DNA from: Octopus sinensis
Lineage: Eukaryota
DNA length: 64,000 nucleotides
Assembly (NCBI RefSeq): GCF_006345805.1
Contig: NC_043008.1
Location: 372,001-436,000, forward strand
Reading direction: 5' to 3'
Shown here in pieces: positions 12,966 through 26,699 of the stretch; position 1 is the first letter of the stretch, and every line of letters begins with the position of its first letter. The position numbers and the translations under genes are program-made. The notes beneath the pieces are model-generated. The model was not told the origin of the DNA. It ran no database searches and worked only from the letters and a program-made list of their open reading frames with translations.

Positions 12966-13145
12966 CGTGCTGTACGGATGTGACTTTTCAGTCCTGCTAC
13001 GGACCGACATTCTTTCTCACAGATGTGGCAATGACATCTGAGAGTTAGCTGAGAGTCATTACTCATACTGACAGATGCCTCCACTCCTTCAAGTAATTTT
13101 CCACTGAGTGTTTTCTTATTTTCTTTTTCCTGTTACGGTCAGCCA
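12966..13145 (-). mobile_element. Probable RTE-clade LINE C-terminal zinc-finger remnant
   Basis: Minus strand CHICEKECRSVAGLKSHIRTA is a single degenerate C2H2 finger with the GLxSH motif typical of RTE ORF ends; upstream frame is broken. Confidence 0.45.
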
Positions 13146-13203
13146 ATAACATGCAACACAATTGAAATGTTTTAAGCGATATTAAATATGCGGTATTAAA
13201 TAA

Positions 13204-13390
13204 GGTGGCGAGCTGGCAGAATCGTTAGCACACCGGGCGAAATACGTAGCCGTATTTGCCTTTCATCCTTTTGGGGTCGATAAATTAAGTACGAGTTATG
13301 CACTGGGGTCGATGTAATCGACTTAATCCGTTTGTCTGTCCTTGTTTGTCCCCCCTGTGTTTAGCCCCTTGTGGGTAGTAAAGAAATAGG
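13204..13390 (+). mobile_element. SINE family A copy lacking the B-box segment
   Basis: GTATTT joined directly to GCCTTTCATCC; candidate TSD TATTAAATATGCG at 13180-13192 and 13391-13403. Confidence 0.85.
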
Positions 13391-13403
13391 TATTAAATAT
13401 GCG

Positions 13404-14120
13404 AAGCGATGGAATCGCAAGCATCAAGAAACATTTCGTTCGTTATTTCTGCGCATTATCTTTCGAAAGCAGCCTTCAATTCATTGTCTGTTGCTGGTTT
13501 TGTGTCGTGAGCTTTCTTTTTTAAGTATTCCCATAAGAAAATGCCAAGTGCTGCTAGGTCTTGAGGGTATTTATTCTACTGAATTTCTTCATCCTATTTT
13601 CCTCATCAATGTAGGCACTTACGGTACTAAGGTAGTATGGACGTACTCCATCTAACACGAAATAAAATTTCATACCATCGAAGTCCTCTTGTATGCTTGA
13701 CATAACGCGATATCGCAAAAATTCCAGCGAATGAACCAGTCACGGTACCGTAAAAAATTGGTTCGTTTAGTCTTTTGATGGTGAGCTGCACCAAACTATA
13801 ACTCCCGGTAAATTAACATGTCCCTCGGTATTATGCAGATTCGTAGGTCTTCAGTAGAAGTATACCTGGCGGTTAACTGAGACATTTAATTTAAATATAA
13901 TCTCATCGCTCCAAAGAATCTTTGTTGCAAAGTGTGCGTCTACACATTTTGTCGAGTACCACTCGCAAATTTCGAGTCTTCGGGCCAGATTTTCTGAAGT
14001 GGGGGGATTAACCATTCTTTGAATGTGATGGGCGTTTGATTTTGGTATTCCTCTCTCACGACTCGCTTGCCACATAGGCCTTATTGGACTCCACCAACAC
14101 GTTTCTCTGGCAATACGCTT
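13404..14120 (-). pseudogene. Decayed mariner-type transposase (DD41D/maT-like motifs)
   Basis: Minus strand fragments SPIRPMWQASRERGIPKS (HTH), KILWSDEIIFKLN, LPGVIVWC, GTVTG, FYFVLDG, QDLAALGIFLWEYLK, with several stops and frameshifts. Confidence 0.8.
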
Positions 14121-14173
14121 TCAAATATATAGTTGTAATTTAATATAAATTTCCTTTGACCAAAATTTAGTCA

Positions 14174-14494
14174 GGCGCGTGGCTTAGTGGTTAGGGCAAT
14201 CGGCTTACAATCATAAGGTCATGAGTTCAATTCCCGGTGGCGCGTTGTGTCCTTGAGCAAGACACTTTATTTCATATTGCTCCAGTCCAATCAGCTGGCA
14301 AAAATGAGTAGCACCTGTATTTCAAAGGATCCGGCCTTGTCACACTCTGAGTCACGCTGAATCTCCTCGAGAACTACATTAAGGTTACAGGTGTCTGTGG
14401 AGTGCTCAGCCACTTGCATGTTAATCTCATGAGCAGGCTGTTCCGTTGATCGTATCAGCTGGAACACTCGTGGTCGTAACCGACGGAATGCTCC
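14174..14494 (+). mobile_element. Full-length CORE-like SINE, head B + tail 1
   Basis: GGCGCGTGGCTTAGTGGTTAGG A box, GAGTTCAATTCC B box, GTGTCCTTGAGCAAGACACTTT CORE-like motif, tail 1, then A-run. Confidence 0.9.
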
Positions 14495-14746
14495 TTAAAA
14501 AAAACTGTTTCTAACGAGTTAAATCTAAAAAGAAATTAATATTGAGTTACCAGTTGTTAAATTGTAAATACATTTTCTGGGATCGCCTTTATAAATTAAA
14601 CAACTCAATCTAGAAAACAGAAACTTCAGTCCTGTTCGAATTACTGCATTCAGACATAGTATCAATGATTGCGTATCATATATCATATGATATAATACAA
14701 TATATACACATACGTTTATATATTTATACTTATTTATAAACATAAA

Positions 14747-14779
<33 letters not shown>

Positions 14780-15431
14780 ATACTTACTTATAAACATATA
14801 AATATATATACAAACATGTGTATATAAATACATATATATATACACACGTGCATCTATGCATATACATTTATGTGTGTGTGTGTGAGCGTTTTGTGTATAA
14901 CACATAGATACATGCATACATATAGATAATATATGTGTGTATTTCTCTGTGTGTATATATGTGTATATATATATATAATATATACAAATATGTGTATGTA
15001 CGTACGTATGTGTGCATATATATATACACACATACATACATACATACATACATACATACATACATACATACATACATACATACATACATACATACATACA
15101 TACATACATACATGTGTATGCGCGTGCGATTGATAGAATGCGTAACCACAGTTGTGCATTTATATTTGAATTCTTCTGCAAAAATAATTGGCAGGATTTA
15201 TCAAAGTGAATGGCATGGACAGTGATAACATCCCGTGTAATTTTGATCATTCTTGTTACACATAAATCATTGCATATATGAATCATTGTATATATATATA
15301 TAAATCATTCTGTACATAAATCATGTTATGTATAATATTCAATAGATATAACCAGTAACCACAGATATGTCTGCTTCACAAATTTCAAAAAATAATTCCA
15401 GTTGCCAGAAAATCAATTTTTATATATATAG

Positions 15432-15509
<78 letters not shown>

Positions 15510-15656
15510 AATTATATATATATATATTATATGTATATATACATATACATATATATATAGATAGATAGATCGATAGATAGATAGTATAGATAGATAGATA
15601 GATAGATATAACATATACATATTCATACATACATACATACATACTACATATATACA

Positions 15657-15690
<34 letters not shown>

Positions 15691-16349
15691 GATATAGATT
15701 ATATATACGAAATGCTGTTAATATTTATATTTGGTTTGGCAGACATAATACACGAGCATAGAAATAACTGTTTTGATTTTTTTTTTCCATGTAATAATTC
15801 GATTCCCCAAGTTGATTTATTGAAATCAAATATAATAAATATCGATACCATCCCGGCTTAATTTTGAATGTCTGTGAATGTCCAGAACTTTGAGCATAAA
15901 TATTCGATAGACACAACGAGTATTCGGAGCTAAAAAATCTTTTCAATGTATTAGAGTTACCTTCCTTGGTTTATTATGCATGCTTATTTGTGCGTATTGT
16001 GTTTTCTCATACTGTGCTTATGTTTCTAATTTATCTATTATAGAGAGTTTTGCGAAGGATAACAACGTTAGCAACAGAGCGGCAAACAAGGCAATTATCA
16101 GGCTTACTTCAAGAACAATAAAAAATACGAAAACAAGTAAATAAATATCGTGTGAAAGTATAGGTACAGTGGGTAGTTACTCGAGAGGTCACACTGGTCT
16201 AGGGGTCCCGTTGTGATCAATGTATGCTGTGGCTTGCAGTTAAAAGATAAATACTACTGAACCCAGAACATTGATTTGCCCCTGGATCAACAATACTGCT
16301 ACGACAGCCCTGTAGATTAACTATATTGCAGCAGTCTCTCAAAAGAAAA

Positions 16350-16600
16350 GCAGACGAAATAAGAACGCAGTCAGAAACGCCAAAATGAAAACGTAGCTAA
16401 AATAAAAGTAAGAAGGGCAGATTCTAGTGAACGTGCATCAAAGAGATATCAACACGAAACTGTAGAAGAATGGAATTTAAGAAGAACAGGCATATGAGAA
16501 AGAATCTCACGAAGAATTTTTCTCAAGAAACTGAAGGAGAATGGAATGGAATATCTCTTAATGTACAGGCTTCTTGAGAACCACAAGTAACATGGAAATG
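16350..16600 (+). mobile_element. Possible Helitron N-terminal repeat remnant
   Basis: Purine-rich degenerate peptides RYQHETVEEWNLR and QETEGEWNG resemble the R..ET.E...RL repeats of RepHel proteins; lies upstream of the Rep remnant. Confidence 0.3.
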
Positions 16601-16754
16601 TGTAATGTAGGAGCGAGTATTGAACGACGTTGGTGTTGAGAAATGAACACGTTGTATTAATTTTACCCGACAAAGGTGGGAAACTTTGCGGAATCGTTAG
16701 CACGTTTTTATCTGGGGTTTTTTGTTTGATGTTTGTTTGTTTTTTTGTTTGTTT

Positions 16755-17090
16755 TTCTTTTGCTTGTTTTAGACATTAGACTGCAGCCATGCTGGGGCAT
16801 CACCATCAAGGCTTTAGCCGAACGAATTGACCCTAGAACTTATTTTTTAAAGTCAAGTATTGGTCACTTTTGCCGAACCGCTAAGTTATGGGAACGTAAA
16901 CACACCAGCACCATTCATCAAGTAGTGGTGGGGGACAAATACAGACACAAAGACACACACATACACACACACACACACACACACCACACACACCACACAA
17001 CACACACACACACATATATATTATACATATATATATATATATATAATATATATATATATATAATATATATATATCTATATATATATAGAT

Positions 17091-17160
<70 letters not shown>

Positions 17161-17334
17161 CATAAATGCATATATATACGATGGGCTTCTTTCAGTTTCG
17201 TCTACCAAATCCGTTCACCAGGCTTTGATTGACCCGAAGCTATAGCTGAAGACACTTGCCCAAGGTATCATGCAGTGGGACTGAACGCATAACCCCATGG
17301 TTGGGAAGCAAACTTCTTATCACACAGCCACGCC
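16755..17334 (-). mobile_element. Full-length SINE family C with central (CA)n/(TA)n
   Basis: Both halves present; 5' GGCGTGGCTGTGTG starts at 17334; CORE-like ACCTTGGGCAAGTGTCTT. Confidence 0.9.
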
Positions 17335-17399
17335 CGAAAACAATACCACCGCCTTAGCTAAGGCGGAGGTAACAAAAGGGACATGCAGATATTCTAATA

Positions 17400-18500
17400 A
17401 TACTTCAAGATGCAAGCGATGTCAATGACCCTCAACAAGTAAATGAAATTGTGTGTGCAGAACGCTGTATCGAAGAACAAAACTTCCATTGTACGAAACT
17501 TGATACCTGAAAATATTTTCAAAATTCTAACGAGAAGAATTTATAGCTAACGCCAATAGTGACTGTTTGTAGTGTTCGAAACCCGGATATGTCAACTGAG
17601 ATTTAAAAAAATTAAAAAATTCATTTTAGATAACAGATTTGCTATTTCATACAATAAGTTTTTATGTTTTAAAAATAACTGCCACGTTAATATAGAAATC
17701 TGACTACGAGTCACATCTGTCAAGTATATATTCAAGTACGTGGATAAAGGATATGATTCAATTCAACTTAATATTGGAGAAATTTAAACAAATGGCGAAT
17801 GAGTACAGGATGATATTAACGAATATGTTGATATGTTTGGCATCTGAGGGCTGCAGAAGACGTATAGTATCGATTCCTTATCAGCACACTTCAATGAACG
17901 ACAAATGGTGTATTTTCACCAAGTCGGCGAGAGACAGGCTTTTGCTCCGGTCCAAAGGAAAATCACGCTGTTCGATGTAAGGTTCGATTTCAAATACTTT
18001 GAGGAAATCTGACCACAAGTCACAGGATATGATTCGATTAAACTCAGAATTGGAGAAACTCGAGCAAATGGTGAACGAATACCGGGTGATAATAACGAAC
18101 GTAATGATGCGTTCGGTATGTGAGGATTTCAGAAGCCACGGTGTCTTTTGGATAACAAAATGCATTCTAAATCTCACGCTGTCTTTGAATTAACAGTTAT
18201 GGTTCTCTCTACAGATTCTCAATAGAAATTCTAGTCAGCATTGGTTAGCTACGGTTTTTCGTATCTGAAGACGTCTAATGTAAGATTTCTAACTTTTCTC
18301 ACACGAATTATTATAGGTACCTGAAGATATTCTCAAATAGCTAATTTTAAAGGGGACTGTTTGTAGTGTTCGAAACCCGGAAATGTCAACTGAGATAAAA
18401 AAATTTTTTTAATTAACTTTAGAAAATAGATTTGCTATTTCATGCAATAAATTTTTTATGTTTTAAAAATAACTGCCACGTTAATATCAAAATCTGATGC
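17400..18500 (+). pseudogene. Decayed Helitron Rep domain
   Basis: LDNRFAISYNKFLCFKNNCHVNIEI*LRVTSVKYIFKYVDKGYD at about 17626-17757 matches the Helitron DNRWVVPYN..CHINVE..SVKYLFKYVYKG motif; also PQQVNEIVCAE and HFNERQMVYF; ~140-bp segment repeated at 17565-17703 and 18358-18497. Confidence 0.75.
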
Positions 18501-19205
18501 AATTACATTAGACGTCTTGGGATACGAAACGTTGTAATAAATCAGTGCTGGTTATAAAATATATAGAAAATCTGTAAAAATAACCTTAACATGTGATTTA
18601 ATAGCACTGCTAACACAGTAGAACACAGTAGGACACAGCACTGCTAGCACAGTGGGACAGAGCATAATGAGTTTGAAATCAATTTTATTATCGTTCCAAA
18701 GTCTACGGAAAACATGCCTATGAGTGAAATTTATGTGATATGTAGAATGTTTCTCTCTTGTTGGTCTTTGCTGAGTTATGCTAATCCCGCACTTCTGGCT
18801 TCGCATAAAAAGTCATAAAGAAATAAACGCTTCTTCAGAAGTTCTTAACCGACTTTTAAGATGCTGATCGCCTTAATTTTAAGCATTTGTATTACTTATG
18901 TGTGTGTGTACATATATATTTAAAATGAGGGTGAGAAATTGGATATTAATTTAATTAACATCAATTTAACACCAGTAGTCTAACATATTAAAATCTGAAT
19001 GTTCAGTAAATTGTATTATATACATATGAGAGGGATGACCACTATGTAGACAACCCTTATGCTAGAAGTAGATCCGCGGACCATAGCGGATTTACTTCTA
19101 GTATAAGGGTTGTCCAATGGTGGTCATCCCTCTCATATATATATGTATGTATGTATGTATGTATATGAGAGAGAGTGATATGTATATATACATTAAGATA
19201 TATAT

Positions 19206-19255
<50 letters not shown>

Positions 19256-19433
19256 TCATGTATAGACACATGTATACATATCATCTTTAGATAGAGAGTG
19301 GGTAAGATATATAGATATATATTATATATTATTATTATTTATGTGTGTGTTTATGTATACATCATACGAAGAGTGAAAAAGAGAGTGAGAAAAAAGAAAG
19401 ACAAAGATAACAGAGAGAGAAAGAAAGAGAAGT

Positions 19434-19472
<39 letters not shown>

Positions 19473-19959
19473 AGAGTGAGAACGAACAATATATGTAAGT
19501 ATCCGTTTTATCAAGAACATGAATAAGGCGGAAGTGTTTAAAACCGGAGAAGGAAACCACAATGTGTGGTCAGAGCGAAGACTATTGTTTATTATATTTA
19601 TTTCGAATTTCAATCCTCGTACAATGGGCCCAGCTGGGGCACTGCCTTTATTTGTAAACACTAACAATAAATAATAATATTATTGTTTTGAATTCTCAAG
19701 GAGGGAGAGGCAAAAATGACGATCCAATGAAATGTGTGAGGAATGTAGTTTGGTGTGCGGGACATCCTGTTACGTGGTGGAAATGTTTATAGTCTGAATC
19801 CACAATTATGAATAGCTTTCTCTTTCTACAACATCGTGTATATACACTCACTAAACACACACACACTGGAGGCGTTTGTTTCGAGCTCCTGCTCTATTTT
19901 ATGATCATTGTTTTGATTCGTTATGTTCATTTTTGGTTTTTGGTTTTTATTAAATTTAT

Positions 19960-20166
19960 ATTCTTTTATTTGTTTCAGTTATTTGACTGCGGCCATGCTG
20001 GAGCACCGCCTTTAGTCGAGCAAATCGACCCCAGGACTTATTCTTTGTAAGTCTGGTACTTATTCTATCGGTCTCTCTTGCCGAACCGCTAATGTTACGG
20101 GGACGTAAACATACAAGTATCGGTTGTCAAGCGACGCTGGGGGGACAAACACAGACACACAAGCAT

Positions 20167-20190
<24 letters not shown>
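19960..20190 (-). mobile_element. SINE family C, 3' half
   Basis: TTTCAGTTATTTGACTGCGGCCATGCTGGAGCACCGCC..GGGGGACAAACACAGACAC. Confidence 0.9.
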
Positions 20191-20228
<38 letters not shown>

Positions 20229-20609
20229 ATATATATATACATACAATATTAGATTTGTACATATAGATATATATATACAAGGGTACATATATGTACATGA
20301 GTACCTATATCGCCAATGATAGAAGTCGAAAAATACTTCTGTATCACCGAATAGTCACAAATCTATTACAGACAAGACAGGAAAAAATATCAGTGAACAA
20401 TAATAATGTCTTACCTCAAATGGGTCAGAACAAGTAAATGCTGGCCAACTCGGTACCGGTTTCGAAATTTAGCGCCTCATAGGCGCGTGATTTCTCATCA
20501 ACCAAAGTCTTCCAGCTAAATAACTACTAACAATCTCCTCCATCATACCTGCAAAAGTTCGTTTGAAATGACCAAGCACCGTACGAACAAACCAAATGTT
20601 TGTAAGACA

Positions 20610-20832
20610 TTATTTAATTTAATTTAATTCAATTTAATTTTTTTGCTCAAAAAGCAAAAGCAAGGCCATGTAGGGGGACATGGAGTTATGTACAGGGAGG
20701 GTGTTCATACAAAGAGTTCAGGCCATTTCTGGTCAAGAGAGACTTTGAACCGAACGGTCGTCGGCATCTTCACTATCTCGTCCGGCAGCTTATTCCACGG
20801 ACCCGCAAACTTAGCCACGTTATCGGGCCTCC
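20610..20832 (-). mobile_element. CR1/L2-group LINE 3' end with (AAATT)n tail
   Basis: Minus strand GPWNKLPDEIVKMPTTVRFKVSLDQKWPELFV* matches the WN.LP..V...S...FK..LD C-terminus. Confidence 0.75.
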
Positions 20833-20875
20833 TTTTGTTGTGCTTTTGAGTCAGCTAGCTACACTCACTCACATA

Positions 20876-20936
<61 letters not shown>

Positions 20937-21279
20937 CATTATTATTATCATTATTATTATTATTATTATTATTATAATTATTATTAGTCACTGTATATTT
21001 AGAGAAATGTTCCCCTCTCGAAATAGAGATCATAACTTTGAGGCCAAGCACCAAAATTCTTCGCCAGTACCATCATTAAATTGAAAACAACACACACACA
21101 TATACACACGCGCGAGCGCTCCCGCGGTCTTAGAAGACTATTACGTTTGACAATAAGGTGCTGGTTCTCTTGCACATAGGTTAGAAATGTTGGGATGGTT
21201 ACAGCTGGAATGCTTTTGATCCTAGGTGTCTCTCTGCTCGACCAAGGCTGCACTGGAATACATAACAACAGCAACAATA

Positions 21280-21598
21280 CTAACAACAACAACAACAACA
21301 TCAAAAACAGTCATTAACAAAAGTAAAGCTTAATGTTGGCTACTCCTAGAAAAGCTATCATTATCATTCCCATCATCATCATCATCATTATCATCATCAT
21401 CATCATCGCTTTTGTTGTTGTTGTCGTCGTCGACGTAGTAGTAGTAGTAGTGGTGGTGGTGGTAGTGGTGGTGGTGGTGGTGGTGGTGGAGAAGGTAGTA
21501 GTAGTCATCTTCGTCAAAATTGTCGTAATCGTTTGTTATCATCATCATCATTCTCACCATCATCATCATCATCATCACCATCATTATCATCATCATCG

Positions 21599-21638
<40 letters not shown>

Positions 21639-21656
21639 TCTCACCATCATCATCAA

Positions 21657-21710
<54 letters not shown>

Positions 21711-22075
21711 CATCAACAACAACAACAACAACGACGAATACAAATGCAAACAACATCAACATCAACAATAATCATTCATAAACTAAAACGGAATATTTTC
21801 TACTCTTACAAACGCTATCATCATCATCATCATCATCAACAACAACAACAACAACAGCAACAGCAGATGCAGCAGCAGCGCCAACAACAACTAAATGCAG
21901 TTTGCCGCCCAATGAATGATGCAGACAATCCTCAATAGAATCGCCCTCGCCACCATCGCCATATTCCTCCCTGCCACCATCACCACCGCCACCATCGCCC
22001 CTCCCCCCGCCATCATCATCACCGCCACCATCAACCCCGTCACTATCCCCACCGCCACCATTGCCCCTTCCACAT
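21280..22075. repeat. Compound trinucleotide region (CAT/GTA/GTG/CAA/CAG/CAC)
   Basis: Direct inspection. Confidence 0.9.
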
Positions 22076-22574
22076 ATTATTACACTCCTACAAATCCCGT
22101 AAGTCAACACTCCCCAAATAGTATAGAAAGTGTTACACAGTTGGTGTGTACATCGCTTAAATAATTAGAGGAAGTCTCTTGACGGGCGCCAGCTGGGAAG
22201 CATTCGGAGTAAACGGAACTTGCCACCATTTCAACTGCTTGTGCTAAAGCCAACACCACGAGGGAACTGCTAAGTGGTCCTTTGATTGGCTAAAAATAAC
22301 AGTGACTGAGTTTGCTCTCGAGCTACGCTCTAACGTCGTGGAAAAGAACTCCTTAAATAACATGGCCCTGAGTTCTCTGCTTATTGGAATGGATGTGGAT
22401 GATCACGGCCGGAATGAACACAGGCCTATTGATCATAGGTCTGCTCCAGCAAAACTGACCAGAGATTAAACTACAATACGAACAACAACACGAACAACAA
22501 TGACATTTATCATTTTCTAACTGAGCTTTCTTACTCTCAAACCAGTTCTCAAATGTCCTGTGCTATATCTTGGA

Positions 22575-22730
22575 GCTCTAACATCAAGGACCAAACCCGC
22601 TCACAAGGTTTTTGCCAGGACCGAGGCTATAGAAGAGACACTTGCCCAAGATACGACACCGAGGGACTGAAACCGAAACCATACGGTTTGGAAGCAATTT
22701 CCTTAGTACACTGCAACGGCTGCGCCTATA
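22575..22730 (-). mobile_element. SINE family C, 5' half (diverged)
   Basis: GAGGCTATAGAAGAGACACTTGCCCAAG..GGGACTGAA. Confidence 0.75.
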
Positions 22731-22959
22731 TACCGACATATTTTTTCTCAAGTAACGGGTAGTATTTTGATCTTGACGAGCTATTAAAACCATAGTTTTA
22801 CTGAAACTGAGTTCGTTTATAAAGACAAATCGACATCTTTAATTTTACAGAAGAAAATATATCACAATGAGTTAATTTCTGTAGAGAAAATTTTGACTTT
22901 TCGGACAATTTTCCTTTTTCAAAAACAGGGCATAAATACATAAAGTCAAATGACACAAG

Positions 22960-23150
22960 ACCCGAAATTTTGAAAAGGGGCCTAGACGATTAGATCGACC
23001 CCAATACGCGACTGGTACTCAATTTATCGACCCCTAAAGGATGAAAGAGAAAGTAAAAAAACAGTGGAATTTGAACTCAGGGCATAAAGCAGACGAAATA
23101 CCAGTATGGATTTCGCCCGGCGTGCTCATGTTTCCTCCCAACTCGTCGCC
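22960..23150 (-). mobile_element. SINE family A diverged monomer
   Basis: ATTAGATCGACCCC..ACTGGTACT..TTTCGCCCGGCGTGCT. Confidence 0.8.
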
Positions 23151-23151
23151 T

Positions 23152-23233
<82 letters not shown>

Positions 23234-23480
23234 CGCGTGTGTGTGTATGCATATATGCTTGTGTTGTTATATGTGCGTATGTGTATACATCTCTACACAT
23301 ACATACATAATACATACATACATACATGCATGCATGCATGCATACACACATACATAGGATATCCACTCGCAAGGATACAATAGAAGGAAAGATTTTGCTC
23401 ACTGAATGTCAGGCACAAAAGAATCGTACCCGTAACTATGTAATTGCGAAGCGAACTTGTTACCCCAGCTCTCTTTCTCT

Positions 23481-23530
<50 letters not shown>

Positions 23531-23543
23531 CTATCTCTATCTC

Positions 23544-23598
<55 letters not shown>

Positions 23599-23727
23599 CT
23601 CTATCCGTACGTCTATTGACGCCCACGTCGACTTGAATAAGTAACCGATGTCCAATGTACAAGTATCGATAATCATGCCGCTTACAAATTCCTTGAATGC
23701 AGTGCTTCAGTGTGGTCACAGTTCAAT

Positions 23728-23926
23728 AACAGTAGTAGTAGTAGTAATAGTAGTAGTAGTAGTAGTAGTAGAAGTAGTAGTAGTAGTAGCAGCAGTAGCA
23801 GCAATAGAGGCAGTGGTAGTAGTAGTAAAGGCAGCGGTAATAGTGGTAGTTGTAGTAGTAGTAGAGGCAGTGGTAGTAATAGTAGTAAAGGCAGTGGTAG
23901 TAGTAGTAGTGGTAGTAGAGGCAGTT

Positions 23927-23960
<34 letters not shown>

Positions 23961-24145
23961 AGACAGTGGTAGTAGTAGCAAGTGCTGGTGTCGGTGCTGG
24001 TCGTAGTAGTGGGAGTAGTAGTAGCGGTGGTGGTAGTGGTTGTAGTGGTGCTGGTAGTAATAGTAGCGACGGCAACAGCCGCAACACTAGTAGCAGCAGC
24101 AGCAGCAGCAGCAGCATCAGTAATAGTAGTAGTGGTAGTAGTAGC
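23728..24145. repeat. (AGT)n/(GGT)n/(AGC)n compound repeat
   Basis: Direct inspection. Confidence 0.95.
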
Positions 24146-24789
24146 TGCCTATGAAAATACCTGAATCGGCATTGACTAATGCTCTTATTAATTTCAGTAA
24201 TTTATTTTCGTTCTCTTTTCGTTTTATTTTACCCCCTCTTAGGGTTGGGGGGGGAGGTTTGTATTTATGTTCTTCTGTTTCTGTTTTAGCCGTACGGTTC
24301 ACGGAGCAGGTTCATAATATTCGCATACCGCAGTAACGCCAGGACATACTCAAAAAGTTCTAGATTAGCATTGAAGTACCCCCGCCAAAACAAAAACGTC
24401 TCCTCTCAACACGGCTCAGTGAATATGTCCCAATGACCTAAAAAACAAGAAAGAAAAAACAGAAAGAAAAAAAACCACTGAACGATAGCTGGGAGGTGGT
24501 GGTGGGTGTTTGAGGAGTGCGGGGGGAGGGGGGAGCACGATGACAATATCAATGCCGAGAGTCGTCGCTTAGCTTACGTTATGTGTGTAGTCATGTGAGG
24601 ATCATCTCGGTGAAACAAGCTATATTTACTAAAAACTAGTCAGCATGAGTCGGCAAAAAGCTAAAAACAAAAACACAACATTCGACAAAAAAAAAACCCA
24701 GAAAAGGTGGGAAAGAGAGAAACACGGAAACAATGATGAAATAGTTTAGAAGACTCGTCAGAGCGTCGAACAAAATGTTTTTTATTTCT

Positions 24790-25010
24790 CTTAATTCTTT
24801 TATTTGTTTCAGTCATTAGACTGCGGCCATGCTGGGGCACCGCCTTGAAAAATATTTTAATCGAATTAATCGACTTCAATACTTAGTAACCTTTTAAGCG
24901 TGGTACTAAGCTTATCGAAGTCTTTTTTGTCGAACCGTTAAGTTACGGTGACGTAAACATACAAACACCGGTTGCCAAGTGATGGTGAGGCACAAACGCA
25001 CACACACGCA
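24790..25010 (-). mobile_element. SINE family C, 3' half
   Basis: TTTCAGTCATTAGACTGCGGCCATGCTGGGGCACCGCC signature. Confidence 0.88.
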
Positions 25011-25104
25011 TATATATAGCAGTAGTGCGGCACGAGCTACCCTTTTCAGAAGCGGACCGCAAAGGACTCCGTTGCTCGTGCTTGATCGATAGCGTCGAAA
25101 AAAT

Positions 25105-25648
25105 ATTTCTTTATTGCTCACAGGTGTGGGCGCTAAACATGGAGGGGACACACAAGGACAGACAAACGGATTAAGTCGATTACATCCACTCCAGTGCGTA
25201 ACTGGTACTTATTTAATCGACCCCGAAAGGATGAAAGGCAAAGCCGACCTCGGCGGAATTTTAATTCGGAACGTAACAACAGACGAAATACTTCTAAGCA
25301 TTTCGCCCATCGAGCTAACGATTCTTATTTCTTTATTGCCCACAAGGGGCTAAGCATAGAGGGGACAAACAAGGACAGACAAACGGATTAAGTCGATTAG
25401 ATCGACCCCCACCGCGTAACTGGTACTTAATTTATCGACCCCGAAAGGATGAAAGGCAAAGTCGACCTCGGCGGAATTTGAACTCAGAACATAACGGCAG
25501 ACGAAATACGTATTTCTTTATTACCCACAAGGGGCTAAACATAGAGGGGACAAACAAGGACAGACATAGGCGGAATTTGAACTCACAACGTAACGACAGA
25601 CGAAATACCGCTAAGCATTTCGCCCGGCGTGCTAACGTTTCTGCCAGC
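25105..25648 (-). mobile_element. SINE family A trimer with both junction types
   Basis: Junctions at about 25325 (AAATAA|GAATCGTTAGC) and about 25510 (AAATAC|GTATTTCG); head-proximal unit internally deleted near 25567. Confidence 0.88.
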
Positions 25649-26313
25649 GTCGAGAAAATATTGTACATTATTTGTTCTAGCTCTCAACGTTCTGAGTTCA
25701 AATCTTGCTGAGATTAATTCTCATCAATGCTCTCTATCATTTCCGAATTCATAAAATAAATTATCAGTCAAGTACTGTGATCGATGGTATCAAAATAACC
25801 CTCTCCCTTCGCAACTGCTGACATTGGGCCTCAATTAGAAACTGTTATAACAAGAGCACTCAGAAAGCGCAAACCTCCGCCAAAGCAACACCGACGTCCT
25901 CTCAATGATTAGCCAGAGATGATTTTTAAAATGAGAATATCTGAAATAAACTCTACTGCTCTCACAAACAAGAATACTAAAAATGAACCCAACCGCTCTC
26001 AAAAGTCAATTGAAAAAAAAAACTGGGAAAATATTCCACAATCCTTGTTCGGTACCGGATCGATCCCAAAATCTAATCAGTCTGTGCCAGTCTCGAGGCC
26101 AAACATCCCTGCTAGCTAGCTGCCTTAGCAAATTAAAATTAAATTAAATTAAAATGTATTTGTCACGGAAGAATCCCAAGTATTAGAACGACCTTTTATG
26201 TGTATTAGAACGACCTTAAATACCTAATGATCTTATAAAAGCTGGAGGTAGTGCTGTACTATAGTAGCGAAGCATTTAGCGCAGGTCTTCTGGAAATGTA
26301 GAGCACATACCAT
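25646..26313 (+). repeat. Segmental duplication copy 1 (copy 2 at 31017-31685)
   Basis: Near-identical ~670 bp plus the adjoining SINE A; offset about 5372 bp; scattered substitutions. Confidence 0.95.
25849..26111 (-). mobile_element. 5'-truncated Helentron-type non-autonomous element
   Basis: Reverse complement of the 3' two-thirds of 56876-57222; duplicated at 31220-31483. Confidence 0.75.
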
Positions 26314-26699
26314 ATGTTACTCGAGTTACAAGGTTAACTGATCACACGATAATAAAAAAAAGATAATAAAAATAAGGAAAAACATTAACACACACATATA
26401 TACATAGATATTTAAATAATACATACGCACGTATATAAACAAATACTTACATATCTAAATGCGTTAATAAACACACAGTTAACTACATACATACATGCAC
26501 ACATACATAAATGCCAAAATACATTACAAACATACATACATACATACATACATACATACATACATACATACATACAATACACACACACACACACACACAC
26601 ACAAATACACATACATGTATACATACACACATAGAAACATACAAGCAAACATCCATGTGTGTGTGTATATATATATATACAGTTGCCATGATTGATCTC

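Noticed and set aside
21333-21938. 201-aa poly-I/V/H/Q ORF with a mixed CAA/CAG polyQ end
   Set aside because: Entirely low complexity and open in several frames, with no splice or domain support.
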